Source of the DNA: Ministeria vibrans ATCC 50519
Lineage: Eukaryota; Protista; Filasterea
DNA length: 64,000 bases
Reading direction: 5' to 3'
Assembly: GCA_943704425.1 (NCBI GenBank)
Contig: CALSCP010001656.1
Span: 1 to 64,000, forward strand
The notes under the pieces were generated by a model, which was not told the origin of the DNA, did not search any database, and saw only the letters and a program-made list of their open reading frames with translations. A program made the translations under genes and the position numbers. Positions 51,251-63,991 of the stretch are shown piece by piece; position 1 is the first letter of the stretch; each line of letters begins with the position of its first letter.

Positions 51251-52407
51251 ATGCAGCGACTGTCGGCGCTCACGACGTCGGTGGCAGTCATGCTGACGCT
51301 CATCATGGCGACGATGCCGTGCGGGCAGGCTGACTCGGCGCCGCCCACACTCGCCGACATGGCGGCACCGACGACGTGCGAGCTGTGTGCCGTTGTGGCT
51401 GCTGAAGTGGAGCTGCTGGTGGGCGGCCAGCCCAAGTGAGTGCTTCCCTCCCCTCTTTGGTGTGAACTGCGTCTGCTGATGTGCGCTGTGTGTAGGTCGG
51501 GCGTGCTGATCAGCGATGCGCTCGAGGTATGTGCGGCGGCGCACTCGCTTGCCTTGTGTTGACCCGGTTTGCATTGTCTTTCAGAGTGTCTGTGCGAAAA
51601 TACCCGAGGTTTACTCAGCAGAGCACCTGGATGACAAGGGAGACTTTGACAACCGCATTCCGGCGCAGGTATATGAGACAACCGAGAAGCAAGCATAGCA
51701 TAACAGTGTGATGTGCAGCTGATTCGTGCTCGCGAAGACTTCTCATTTGATTTGGACGAGCAACTTGATGGCCTGAAAGCGTTTGGTATTGCATTGGGCG
51801 AGCAACTGCGAGGCATGGGAGGCAAAATGGGAGATCCCTTGGGGGAAGTCGCACGAACGCAGAAGATGTGCGAGTCGTTTGTGGACTTTGCGGAAGATCT
51901 CTTCACCGCCTGGTACTGGAAAGGGGACGGGGGAGCAGAGTTGAATGTGTGCAGTCAGGGGCTGCAGGAACGATGCGTGTTCTTGGACCGGGCGGAGGCA
52001 CGGGCAGTGCGGGTGCGGGCACTGGGCGAGCTGAACGAGCAGAAGGCGGAGCGGCAGAAGGAGATTCTTCGCCAGAAAGAGATGGCGGACGCCAGTGACG
52101 ACGAGGATGCCGGAAGCGAGTTGGTGGTACAACAGACCACGCTTCTCATATCACGCTGATCTCTTGTGTGTTGTTGTTGTTGTTGATATAGTCTGAGGAT
52201 GTGTTTAAGCGGATATTCCAGAGTGAAGGGGAACGGCAAGAGAGGGAGGAAGCGCAGTTGAGGGAAGCGCAGTTGAGGGAAGCGCAAAGGGCTAAGGCAG
52301 AGAAGAAGAACGCAAAGAAGAAGAGTAATAAGAAGAAGAATAAGAAGAAGAAGAATAAGAAGAATAAGAAGAAGAATAAGAAGAACAAAATTAAACGTGA
52401 GTTGTAA
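51251..52407 (+). CDS. Canopy (CNPY3/4)-like saposin-fold ER protein
   Basis: Signal peptide, PTTCELC...LESVC...MCESFV...VC...C cysteine pattern, and Lys-rich tail ending KREL*; multi-exon. Confidence 0.7.
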
Positions 52408-53053
52408 ATTTTGATGTGGAGAGAAGAAGAGAGGACCAGACAAGTGACCACATACGTGGGAGGGGAAATAAATTGTGCCAGCACCAGGTACCAGGGCAGG
52501 CTCCACTGCTGGGCGAGTGCTGGCAACCACCTGGCAGCGGGTGATGCAATCGTGATACAATCAACAGATTAGACTTCAGAATGAGTTGAGACTTGAGTTA
52601 CGAGTTTCACTTATTTTGTTTCTTTTCCAGGTAAGCAGCCCGTGCCATGTCGCAACTCGCCCTTTGCCTGTGTCTGCTTTGCGTCGCATGATTCGGTTTG
52701 CGTCTTTTGTTCTCTTTCTTCTTCACTGTTGACATCGGTCACAAGATCACCGCATTGGGCCTTCCCCACGGCCTCTCACGCCGCACTCCCCCTCGGAGGA
52801 CCACATGCACGTGTGTACACACCTTTCCTCAACGCCGACTAGACTGTGCGTGACCGGGAGAGTTGCGATTGAGAGAAAAAGAGAGAAAAAAAAAACATCT
52901 CCGATTGGCTCTGCCGCGGTTTGCTCTCCGCTGCCGACCACTCCCACACCCCCGCACGTGTCTGTCGTATTAGCGCTCCCTGACACGCTATCCAACGCTG
53001 CATCGCTCCTGACAGTGTTGTTTTTGTTTTTTTTTTTCTTCTTTTTGCTTAGA

Positions 53054-54368
53054 ATGCGCTCTGCTCTTCTCCTTTGCGCGCTCGTCGCCACGGCTTTTGC
53101 CGCTGTCCCCAAGTTCTACGCCAACGACAAGGTACGGGCGGAGCTTTTCTTCTACCGATATTTTTGTTGATTATTAACATTATTATTATTATTATTCTTC
53201 TTCTTATTATTATTGTTATTATGTTATTGTCTTAGGCGACCATTGAGTTCGTCAACAACCAGAAGTCCACCTGGGTTGCCGGCGAGAACCCTTACTTCCA
53301 CGGCAAGACTCTCGCGGACGTTGCCGCTCTCTGCGGATCGCTGCCCGAGCCCGAGCACATCAAGGCACCTCTCAAGGACATTGAGATTGCCGCGGACATT
53401 CCCACCGAGTTCGACTCGCGCACCAACTGGCCCAACTGCCCCTCCATCAAGGAGATCCGCGACCAGGGCCCTTGCGGCAGCTGCTGGGCGTTCGGCGCCG
53501 TCGAGGCCATGTCCGACCGAATCTGCATCCACTCCAACGGCGCTTCCAAGCTCCAGATCTCCGCTCAGGACCTGGCCTTCTGCTGCCGCACCTGCGGCAA
53601 CGGCTGCAACGGTGGTTTCCCTAGCGCCGCTTGGGGCTACTTTGTTAACAGTGGCATTGTCACCGGCGGCCTCTACGAATCTGGTGTCGGCTGCCAGCCC
53701 TAGTACGATTTTTTTTCATTTTTTTTCAATAGTTATCATTATTCACTTTTCTTTTCTTTTTCTTTTGTTTCTCAGCACTCTGACCAACTGCAGCCACCAC
53801 GAGTCGGGCCCTCTGCCCATGTGCCCCCCGGAGCAGCCCTCTCCGCGTTGCTCTGAGCAGTGCGTTGCTGGCTACGCGACTCCCTTCAACCAGGACAAGC
53901 ACTACGGTTCTTCGCACTACTCCATTAGCAGCCAGGTCGAGAAGATCCAGACTGAGATCCAGACTAACGGCCCCGTCGAGGCCGCATTCACCGTCTACGC
54001 TGATTTCCCCACCTGTAAGAACCGCCACCAAATGTACTTCGTGTCTCACTCATACACCCTTAGACCGCTCGGGCGTGTACTCCCACAAGACTGGCGGTTC
54101 GCTCGGTGGCCATGCCGTCAAGATCATCGGCTGGGGTGTTGAGGACGGCCAGGACTACTGGCTCGTCGCTAACTCATGGAACGACACCTGGGGCCTTAAC
54201 GGTCTTTTCAAGATCCTCCGTGGCGTCGATGAGTGCGGCATCGAGTAAGACTTCCTTACATTGCCTTTTTTTCGTGTCTCTTTTTCTTTGGATTTGTTCT
54301 CACACTTGCTCCCTTCTATCTCCTTCCACCGTTGTAGGTCCGGCATTGTCGCGGGCATCCCCAAGTAA
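53054..54368 (+). CDS. CTSB: Cathepsin B (C1A cysteine protease)
   Basis: [33 protein letters not shown], occluding-loop [31 protein letters not shown] and [14 protein letters not shown]. Probable 5'UTR intron at ~52631-53052. Confidence 0.97.
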
Positions 54369-54420
54369 ATTTATTTTTCCGCTTGAAAATGATTTACAAA
54401 TAAAATGAGACGGAAACTCT

Positions 54421-54531
54421 TTCTCAATTGTTCGATATTAGTTTAGTTTACGAAATTTCAATATTAATATGTCTCCTTCTTTCTCAATTGTTCGATATTA
54501 GTTTAGTTTACGAAATTTCAATATTAATATG

Positions 54532-54535
<4 letters not shown>
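54421..54535. repeat. Direct tandem duplication, 60-bp period
   Basis: TTCTCAATTGTTCGATATTAGTTTAGTTTACGAAATTTCAATATTAATATGTCTC at 54421 and 54481. Confidence 0.92.
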
Positions 54536-54563
<28 letters not shown>

Positions 54564-54595
54564 GTGTCTTGATGTTGTTTGATGAGTTGTCCAGT

Positions 54596-55919
54596 CTACA
54601 TAACAAGGCACTTGTCCTTCTCGTCGCCACCGCCCGTCTTCTTGGAGCGCTTCTTGGTGGACGGCGAGCCCATCGTTTTGGCGACGACAAGGCCGCCCGA
54701 CGATGACGCGCGAGCTTCCGCGACGCTTTCCTTGGCACCAACAGGGACGGGTAGATGGAGGAGGAAGCGGCAGACCCGTCCACTCTGTGTGCCCACCCAG
54801 ACGCGGTCGTTGCAGCACGCAATCGAGGTGCTCTCCTCGTCCAGCACCATTTGAGCAACAAGACTGGCGTCCTTGACACGCCACGCGCGCACCGTAAAGT
54901 CGTCGCAACTGGTGTAGACGTAGGACATATCGTCGGTAAGTGCCATGCCCGTCACGGCGTCCGTGTGTCCTTCAAACACTGCGCGACACGGCGCCTTGCC
55001 GGTCTTCATCACCAATGAGATGTCCCACACGCGCACTGAGCCGTCAGCGCCGGCCGAAAGCAGTGTCTCACGCTTGACGTCCATGACGACTGCCTCAATG
55101 GAGCGCCCATGGTCGTCGAGCGAGCACAGCTCTTCGCCCGTTTCCGCCACCCACAGACGGACCGTAGCGTCTGACGAGCCAGTCGCCAAAAGCTTTCCGT
55201 CACGCGACAGTTCCACCGACATGACATTACCACTGTGACCGCGACACACAGTGCTCGTGTAGTTGAACCCTGTACCCACCACTTGCTTCCACACAATGGC
55301 CGTCTGGTCGGACGAACCGCTTGCCAGGCGTGTCGTAGTCGAATCACAGCACACTGCCATCACCGAGTTGGTGTGAGCTTCCAACAGCGCCACTTGTGCC
55401 CCCGACTTGCTGTCCCAAATGCGCACCGTCCGATCTCTTGCGCCCGTAATAATGTGCGTTCCGTCGCGCGTCACGCACGACCCGAAAATTAAATCGCCAT
55501 GCCCCTCACACGCCGCCATGGGCTCTCCCGTGAACCCGTGTGCAGTGCGTGCCGTTCCATCGTGCGACGACGACACCGTCACCGAGCCGTCCGCCGATGC
55601 GTCCACGCCACTCACAAACTATGGCAAAATCGGGAGAGAGACACACACACACACATACACACACACGTCAGAAACGAGTCGAATTGCATACTAATATAGT
55701 TGTGTGATGAAGAAGTGTGGATTGGCTTGCGTACCCCAACATGTGTCTTCGCAGGCGCTGAGGAGAGAAGTACTGCGTCACTGATGAGGACCACAGTGGC
55801 AATCTTGTCGAGTCCACATGACGCGACAAGGCGTCCGTCGCCCGTGATGCTCACAGATGTCGCTGCCTTGGCATGGTGTGTCATGTCGAGTAACTGCGAA
55901 CAACACACACACAGACACA

Positions 55920-55999
<80 letters not shown>

Positions 56000-58900
56000 A
56001 AAAAAGAAAGAAAGACATTCATGTGGTTAGTGGACTCTTAACGAAACAGTTTTATACCTGTTTCTTCTCGTCGGTCGACCACAGTCGCACTGTTCGATCC
56101 CGAGCACACGACACAACGCGATTCCCATCATCCGAAATCCCAACGCCCTTCACCATTCCCCTAATCATAATAAAATAATAAGAGACATCGGGTTGCTCGT
56201 GCAATGTTACGTGTGGCCTTCAAAGGTGTGAATGAGTCGCGGCGGCTCGACAGTAAGGTCCCAGACAGAGACACATCGGTCGCCACCGCCCGTGACGAGC
56301 CGTGCGTTATCCGGCGTCACTGCAATACACGTCACAGAGTCCCCGTGTGCCGAAATCGTGTCCAGTTTCTTGCCAGTGGGCAGTTCGCGACTGAGGCATA
56401 CAAAAATTAATCAATATATTTTTTGTGTGTGCGTCTTTTTGTTGGGGGTTTTTTACATGGAGATTGTACGGTCTTGGGAGCTGGAGTACACGCGAGTGTG
56501 AGCAAAGTCAATGGCAACGCCAAGCACCTTATCAGTGTGCGACTATACAATCAATGTTTAATTGTGCGTTTTTTTTTTTTTTGCGATCATGCATTGCTTA
56601 CGGAGAAGACATGAGCACAGGAACCCTTTTCCAGGTCCCAGACGCGAACGACGCCGTCAAGGTCGCCTGAAGCAGCCGTGGTGCAATCTGGAGTGAGAGC
56701 GACGCACTGGACGCCGGAGCGATGACCCTTGAGCTTGCGCAGACGTTCACCACTGTCCACGTCCCACAGGTAGAGTGAGGCGTCTTCAGCACCCGAGATG
56801 ACGCGGTCACACTCAGGGGTGATGGCGACGGCGTTGACACGGTCCTTGTGCGAGAAGGTGACAAGCTGCTCGGCAATGGCCGAGATCTCCCACACAATGA
56901 CCTTGGCGTCGAGAGTGCCGGTGACAATGCGCGAGCCGTCGTGGCTAATGGCAATGGTGTAAATGCTCGTGTCGTGCTGGTCAATGCGCATGGGTTCGCT
57001 AGGCGTGCGCAGACAGGGTGCCAAGGGCTGCAGCCACGCATGGCCTGACTTTCGCCGCAGGTCCACGATGCTCTGGACGAGCTCCTCGAGCGGTGACAAG
57101 CCCGTCACGCCCGACATGCGCCCTAACAAGTGGTCGAAGAGATGCTCGGTGCCGCCGTTCTCGGAGAAGTTGCTCATGCGCACTGACTCTGACACGTAGG
57201 CGATGCTGGCGGCCATTTCGCGATCGAAGAGGGCAAGACGGTCGGGACGCATGACAATGGTGAACATGCGCTCGAGACCCTCGGCGCCAACTGTGGTGAG
57301 GATGCGAGCAAGCCAGAGCGAACTCACCAGGAGTCGCCCCAACAGTACCACTTGCTCGCTCATGATCAAATGCAAAATGACATGTTGATAGAAGTAGCCG
57401 TCGTCCTCAATGTCCCAAAGCTCAACTGTTGCCGACTGCTGAATGGCCAGACGCAACAAAAAGCCCGTCAAGTTGGACGATGCGTCGGTACCCGGACCGT
57501 TGCGGATCAGTTTGTTAGCAACGGCCGCCGAGCCTGCAGGACAACGAGAGACGGAAAGTAAACTTGATTAGCAATCAAGACAAAGACGCACCTCCCTCAA
57601 AAGGGACAGAAAATGCTCTAGAGAATGTACCTTTTGTCACTGTCGACTTGTACGCTTCTAGTAATCTACGATGGCCTTCGGCGATTTTTCTGGACAAGTG
57701 AGAGAGAGTTTGAGAGAGAGAGAGTTTGAGAGAGAGAGAAAGGAGGGAGAAAGATACAACGTAATAGAGAGAGACAAATTGATGAGAGAGAGACAAAGTG
57801 ATGAGAAAGATAGAGCAAAGTGATGAGAGAGAGAAAGTGATGAGAGAGAGAGAAAATGATGAGAGAGAGAGAGACAAAGTGATGAGAGAGACAAAGTGAT
57901 GAGAGAGAGAAAGTGATGAGAAAGATAGAGCAAAGTGATGAGAGAGAGAAAGTGATGAGAGAGAGAGAGAGAAAGTGATGAGAGAGAGAGAGAGAGAAAG
58001 TGATGAGAGAGAGAAAGTGATGAGAAAGATAGAGAGAGACAAAGTGATGAGGGAGAGAAAGGGACAAGAGAGAGAGAGGAGTGGCAATGGGTGTTTCAAT
58101 TGATACGGAGCCATGTCCCCTTACTCGTCGGTCGCTTCGGAGTTCTTGTACTCTTCAATGCACCATGTGTCGTTGTCGCGATCCACAGAGATTTTCTAAG
58201 GACGGTAAACGGGAGAGATTGGAAAAAAAAAAAAAAAAGACGTGACGCAAACGAAAGAAAAAAAAAAGCAAAAACGGCTGATGGTAAAAAAACAAGACAT
58301 AACAGAGTAAAGCGAGTGAGCCATGCGGGTGTACACGGTGCATACTCGTTGAATGGGATCAACGACACACGCAGAGCACAACGGACTTTCTCTATCTCCA
58401 TCTTTTTTTTTTTTTTTTTTTTTTTTTTTTGGCGTTAGGACTAACTTGTGGTTGATCCGGGAGCAGACACCACTTGTTCCGACATGGAACGACTTGCCTT
58501 CTTCTTGCCAGGGATAACTGTCCCTAAAATAATCACCACACCAACATCCATCATGATAATTAATGACGGACACACATACACACACTCAAATTACGTACCT
58601 CCATCATCCGCCTTTGCATCGTCCGACAGTGCATCACTCCGATAGTCCGACAATGCCCCAGTCGACACTGCCTCGCCATCCCCACCCGCACTACTAACAC
58701 CATTGGCACTCCCACCACTCTCGTTCTTGCGCCTTTGACTCGGTAGTGGCGACACACAATCCTCTGTGCTTTCCTCTACTTCTTTGGTAGTCTTCGTCCC
58801 TCCTTCTCCTTCCTTCGCAATCTCTTTCGTTGCGTTCGCCATTTTCTCTTGCGCCTAAGTACACACACACACACACACAATCACATAATCAGTCTCTCTC

Positions 58901-60850
58901 TCTAGTTATTAACACTTTACGATTACCTTCCGCTCTAATAACTCTTCGCCCATTTTGATTCTCTTTTGTCGCTTCTCCTCCCGCTCCTTCTCCAACTTCT
59001 TCGCTCGTTCCTCTCGTTTCTTTGCCTGCTCTTCAAGTTTCGCCTTTCGTACCAGCTAATACCATATATTATATATATATTAGAGAGACACATTACGAAG
59101 AAACAAAATATTTGGGGGGAGGGGTTACCGCTTCTTCTCGTTTTGCCCTCAACTCTTGCTCCTTTAGCACTTCCGCCTACATTTTGAATAGAATCAGTCT
59201 GCTGCCTTGTTTCCCACAGATATTCCTTTCTAAAAGTATACCTTTGCCTCTTCTTCTCGCTCCAACTTCTGCCGTTCAATCGCCTCGGTCAGAGCATTCC
59301 CTTGTCGTTCACTCCCCTCTCGCTTGATGCTCGGTCGATGCTGTAAGGAAACTGCGCAGAAGAAATACAGGTGAGAGAGTTGCATACACCTCGCGCTAGT
59401 CACAACAACAACTCCCCAAAACGCGTACATCGCTTGTTCTCTTGCTCGACGCTTTTCTTGAGGCGTTCAATGTGGCGCTCAATGAGCAGCTGGGTGCTTG
59501 CGCCTGTCGCCTCTGTGAGTGTGCGTGCCTGCATTTGACGCTCCTTTGCCGTCGGCTGATCCTCTAGATCCTGCATGATGTCCGTCAGTAGTGCTGCCTG
59601 GCCACACGCCTCCTCAATGTCCCGCAGAGCCACTGAAACACACACACACACATACACACAAGAAAATGGAAAGCAAACACAAACAAACACAAAAAATGTT
59701 AAAACTCTCCGCGTTGGCGTTTTCGAGCGCAGCTTGGTCACTTACGAGAAGTCTGAGTGCACTCAAACACAGCCACTTCTTCAAAGCCATACGGTTTCTC
59801 CAGCTAGACAAAAAACGAGACGCAAAAAAGGTTAAGAAAAGATCAACTACCCACACTACCACACGACAGGGCCACTTTCACGGGCCACAGGCACGCTGAA
59901 GGGGCCTAGACCATCCATATGCTTCATTCTACTTACGGGAGCTGGGCCCGCCATGGCCTCCTTCGCCTTGTCGAGCGCTGTAAACGAAATAAGCGACGAA
60001 AAAAAAAAAAGATTAGTATTGAAAAAGATTCTGCGTATACTGCCAGTGCACCAGAGTATACACGACACAGCGCGGGGTAAGCAACGCAGACACAAATCGG
60101 GGCTGGATAAGGCGGTTTATTATTTGCGGTTTCAGTGGAAAGGTGAAACGCGAAGACGATTGGATGAGTGGGGCCAGGGAGAGGCAAGGGCGGCTGCAGT
60201 GGGATCGGGGGCGCGGAGGGGGGAGGGTGGGTCGTGTGAGGAGAGCCGAGGGGGGGCAGGGTGGAGGATGGGGGCGTCGGAGGGCGATACGGGGCGGAAG
60301 GTTTGGGGAGAGAGAGACGCCGATGAATGAGGGTGCGAATGCAGGAGAGGCAAAAAGGGGAGATACTGGAGGAAAACAAGGGCGGAAAGGGGGCAGGGGC
60401 AGGACGCATACCTGATCGGAGACGGTCGAGGAGTGCGTGTGCGTCGATGGAGAAGCGCTTTTTCCGACGTCCCTTCGATTCGATGTCGTCCGTCCCTTGG
60501 CCGTTGGCGAGTTCGCCAGGACTGCGCGTCCCGCTGGGGTCAGCCCTGGACGATCTTCGAGTGGATGTGCGAGAGCCACGCCCAGAAGGCGGCTGTGTGT
60601 CGGCCAGGACGTCTTCTTCTTCGGCCTCTCTCGCTTGCTCTTCCTCTTTTTCTTTGGCCAGTCGAGCGGCCTCCGCCTCGGCGCGATTTCGCTCCTCCGC
60701 CTCGCGATGCTGTTTCTCAGCGGCCGCGTGCGCCTCTGCCTTGAGCTTGGCGCCGTCCTTGTTGATGAAGCGCTCGAGGCGCTGCATTTTGGCCTCTTCG
60801 TTGTCCATGGCGACCGTCGCCCGACTCGCGCGTCCTTTCATACGGTTCAT
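54596..60850 (-). CDS. Coiled coil + APAF1/NWD-like helical domain + many WD40 repeats + C-terminal CaaX (multi-exon; could be two genes)
   Basis: More than 14 GH...WD repeats in 54700-57000; GHRRLLEAY, DDGYFYQHVILHL and AWLQPLAPCL; terminus KKRSKK...DKCLVM*. Middle exon phases (58100-58600) not fully resolved. Confidence 0.7.
57698..58078. repeat. AAAGTGATGAGAG minisatellite interleaved with (GA)n in the WD40 gene intron
   Basis: More than 10 copies of AAAGTGATGAG. Confidence 0.92.
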
Positions 60851-61189
60851 GGCGGGGTGGGCGCTGATGCGTATGTGTAGGTAAGGAGAGCGAGAGAGAT
60901 GCGCAACAGTACGGTGTATGTTTTTGTGAGCAGACGGAAAATTAAATGTTATGAATGAACTCAATGATTATAATTTAAAATAATAATAATAATAATAATA
61001 ATAATTATTATTATTATTATTATTATTATTATTTTACCATTGTAAAGACGTAATAATAATAATTATAATAATAATAATCATAATAATAATAATTTGTCGA
61101 ATTATAATAAAAATAGTAATACAATCGTTATTTGAATGAAGCAGACATCGCACAAAGCACAGCCTGTAAGAGGGATTTAAGAGCGCTTC

Positions 61190-63991
61190 TTAGCAACTCA
61201 TATCGATGAGTGCATCAGCAATGGAATGGGACGGCGAGAGAAGGACGAGAGTATCTCGGAGGGAAAGACACAGAGTAAGGTTAAGATTGGCGACGATGGT
61301 GGTGGACACCCCCACGAGTGAGAGGGAGGAGAGAAAGGCCACAGAGGTGAGGGCGGTGTCCTCAATGCCCAGGGATGACGTGACGGCAGTAAGGGAAGCA
61401 AAGGACGACGGAGCACTTGCGAGCACCGGAAGAGTGTGCAGGGTGAGCGAGCCAACGTGAGTGAGGAGAGGAAAGGCAGTGAGGGAGGAGAGGGAGAGCA
61501 GCGAGGACAGTTCGAGGGTTTCGGAGACACGCGTGAGGGTACTAAAGGTATCGAGTGTTTCGAGTCCAATGCCGGCGCCTGAAATGGTCAGCATGGTGAC
61601 GTTGGAGAGGGAGGGAAAGACGAGAGAGCGCAGCGCCATGAGGCTGCGGTCGGGCGTGGCGACAATGGAGAAAGGCCCGGAGTGAGCGAGGAGGGGAACG
61701 GAGATGGTCTCGAGAGCAAGCATCGCGTCGACGCCCACGAGAGTAACCACAAAGGATTGGGTGTGTATGAGGAGGGGGAAGGAGAGGCGGGAGAGAGAAG
61801 CGAGTGCGTGGGGACCGACGCGCAGGGTAAAATCGGCGGTGGACGAGAGGAGGGGAAAGGAGAGAGCAGTGAGAGAGTACATAGCTCGGGAGCCAGTGAT
61901 GACGAGGGTAAGGTCGCCCGAGAGAGAGTGGAGGGAAGCAAATGAAATGGAGGTGAGGGAAGGGATTGCGTTGGCGGCGGAGGCGGTGACAGTGAGGTCG
62001 GAGGAGAGGGACTGGAGGAGAGGAAAGGAGATGGAGGTGAGAGAGGGAAGAGCCTCTGTGGCTGAAGCGGTGATGGAGAGAGCAGCGGCGGAACGAAGGG
62101 AAGGGAAGGAGAAGAGGGAGAGGGATTGGAAGGCGGACGAGGCGGATGCGGTAAGGGTGATGGAGTTGGTGACGGTAGTGAGGGAAGGGAAGTAGAGTGT
62201 GGAAAGGGAGGGGAAGGCAAAGTCACGAGTAGCGCTGACGGTGAGGGCGGTGGTGCGCAGGAGGGAGGGACAGCTAATGGTGGTGAGCGAGGCGAGACCA
62301 AATGAACCGGTGAGGTCGTTTGCTGGTTGGACCCTCACCGTGAATTGAGTGGTGGTGGTGAGAGAAGGTAGAAAGAGAGACGGCAGAGAGTCCATGGCAC
62401 GGTCGCCTGAAACGCGGATGACGAATAAGAGCGTCGTCGTGAGGGACGGGAGGGTCAGGAAGGTGAGGTTGGTAAGTGACTCGTGGCCTGTCGCAATGAC
62501 GTAGAGGTCGTTGGTGGAGGTGAGGCTTGGAAAGGAGAGGGTACGAAGACGGCCGAGAGACTGAGTGGCAGTGGCGGAGATGGAGAGGTCGCCGGAGAGG
62601 ACACTAACAAGTGAAGGGAACGCGATGGAGCGCAGGTTGGAAAGGGAATGATCACCGGAGGCAGAGAGAACGAGCGAGCCGGTGGAGAGGAGGGCGGGAA
62701 AGGAGAGACGCTCGAGTGAGTGCATTGCATTGTGACCAACCAGGTCGATTGAGAGGGACGTGACGGTGTGAAGTTGGGGAAACGAGAGACGCGTGAGGTT
62801 GGCAAGTCCGTGTGGGTGATATGCGTTGATGCTGATGGAATTGGCGAATGTGAGAGCGTTGAGTGTGACACTTTGCAGCTGAGTGAGACGCGCAGTACCA
62901 TCTTCGATAATCAACGAGCTCGCAATGAGCTCAAGCGAGGGCAGATCAATCGATGAGAGTTGCGCGAGACTTGTCGGTTTGAAGATGCCGTTGATGGCGA
63001 CGAGGGAGGAAAGTCCCGCAAGACTGGCGAGCGAGTCACAGTCGGAGATGCTCAGCCCTCCGACGACAGTGAGTCTTTCAAGGCCCGTCAGATCCACAAG
63101 ACTGTGTACCTTGTTGATAATCAGCGACGAGGACACGTAGGCAAGCTGCAGTGAACCCAGTGTAACGGTGCCCGTGAGCGTATCGAGTTGAAAGTCTCCT
63201 TGCACTTGTGTGACATTTCCAATGTAGTCACTGAGACGGATGTTTGATGTGAGGCTCTCAATTACGAGATTACCCGAGATCACTTGACATCCTTGAAGTG
63301 TCTCAAGCTGCGTAACGGTAATGAAGGAGCCGCCGGAGCAGACGGTGCCGGAGCAGGCGACCTGATTGCACTGTTGGGACTCGAGGAGCGTCGGACACGC
63401 ACTGCCGCCATGCAAGGGGTGCACGTCAATGGACCGGGTACGAAAGTGCCCGCCACCAATGCACTCGACGGAGCAGGGGGTGTACGGAGAGGGCTGGTCG
63501 CTGAGGGCGCAGTCGACGGGACACGGCTGAGTGTTGCACGCGATTGTCTCAATGAGGTTCTGACTTGCACTGCAGCTCAAGCCGAGCACGTCGACGGTGA
63601 CGGTCCGCGTGCGATTCTGCGTGCCCGATCCACATGTGTGTGTGCAGGTGGAGAAGTCGGAGTAGGCAGAGTACTCGCAGGCGGGCGGAGCGAGACAGTT
63701 TTGCGACAAGAACGTTGCGACACTGGTCAAGTTGACAAGTGTCTCCTCAAGCAGCGCTTTCTCGGCATGGACGAGCGAGAGCTCGTGCAAGATGTCGATG
63801 CCATCGACAAAGACCGACTTGTTCGCGTCGGGGTCGAGAATGAGGTTCCCGTTGTCGTTGTGGCTGTGGCGGAAGTGTCAACAGAAGAAACGATTGTGTC
63901 TTTGAGAGGTTCCTTACATGGAAACTCCGGTGGCACACGTGGAAGACAAGAGAGCAACGATGGCAAAGATGATGATGATAAGAGAGGTCAT
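61190..63991 (-). CDS. Secreted protein: signal peptide, short beta/coiled-coil N-domain, two TSP1 repeats, long receptor-L-domain/LRR solenoid
   Basis: Exon 1 MTSLIIIIFAIVALLSSTCATG (63991-63918), intron 63917-63864. Then CEYSAYSDFSTCTHTCGSGTQNRTR and CSVECIGGGHFRTR, LQGCQVISGNLVI, and about 15 repeats of ~30 aa with the pattern LxxLxFPxL. Confidence 0.82.
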
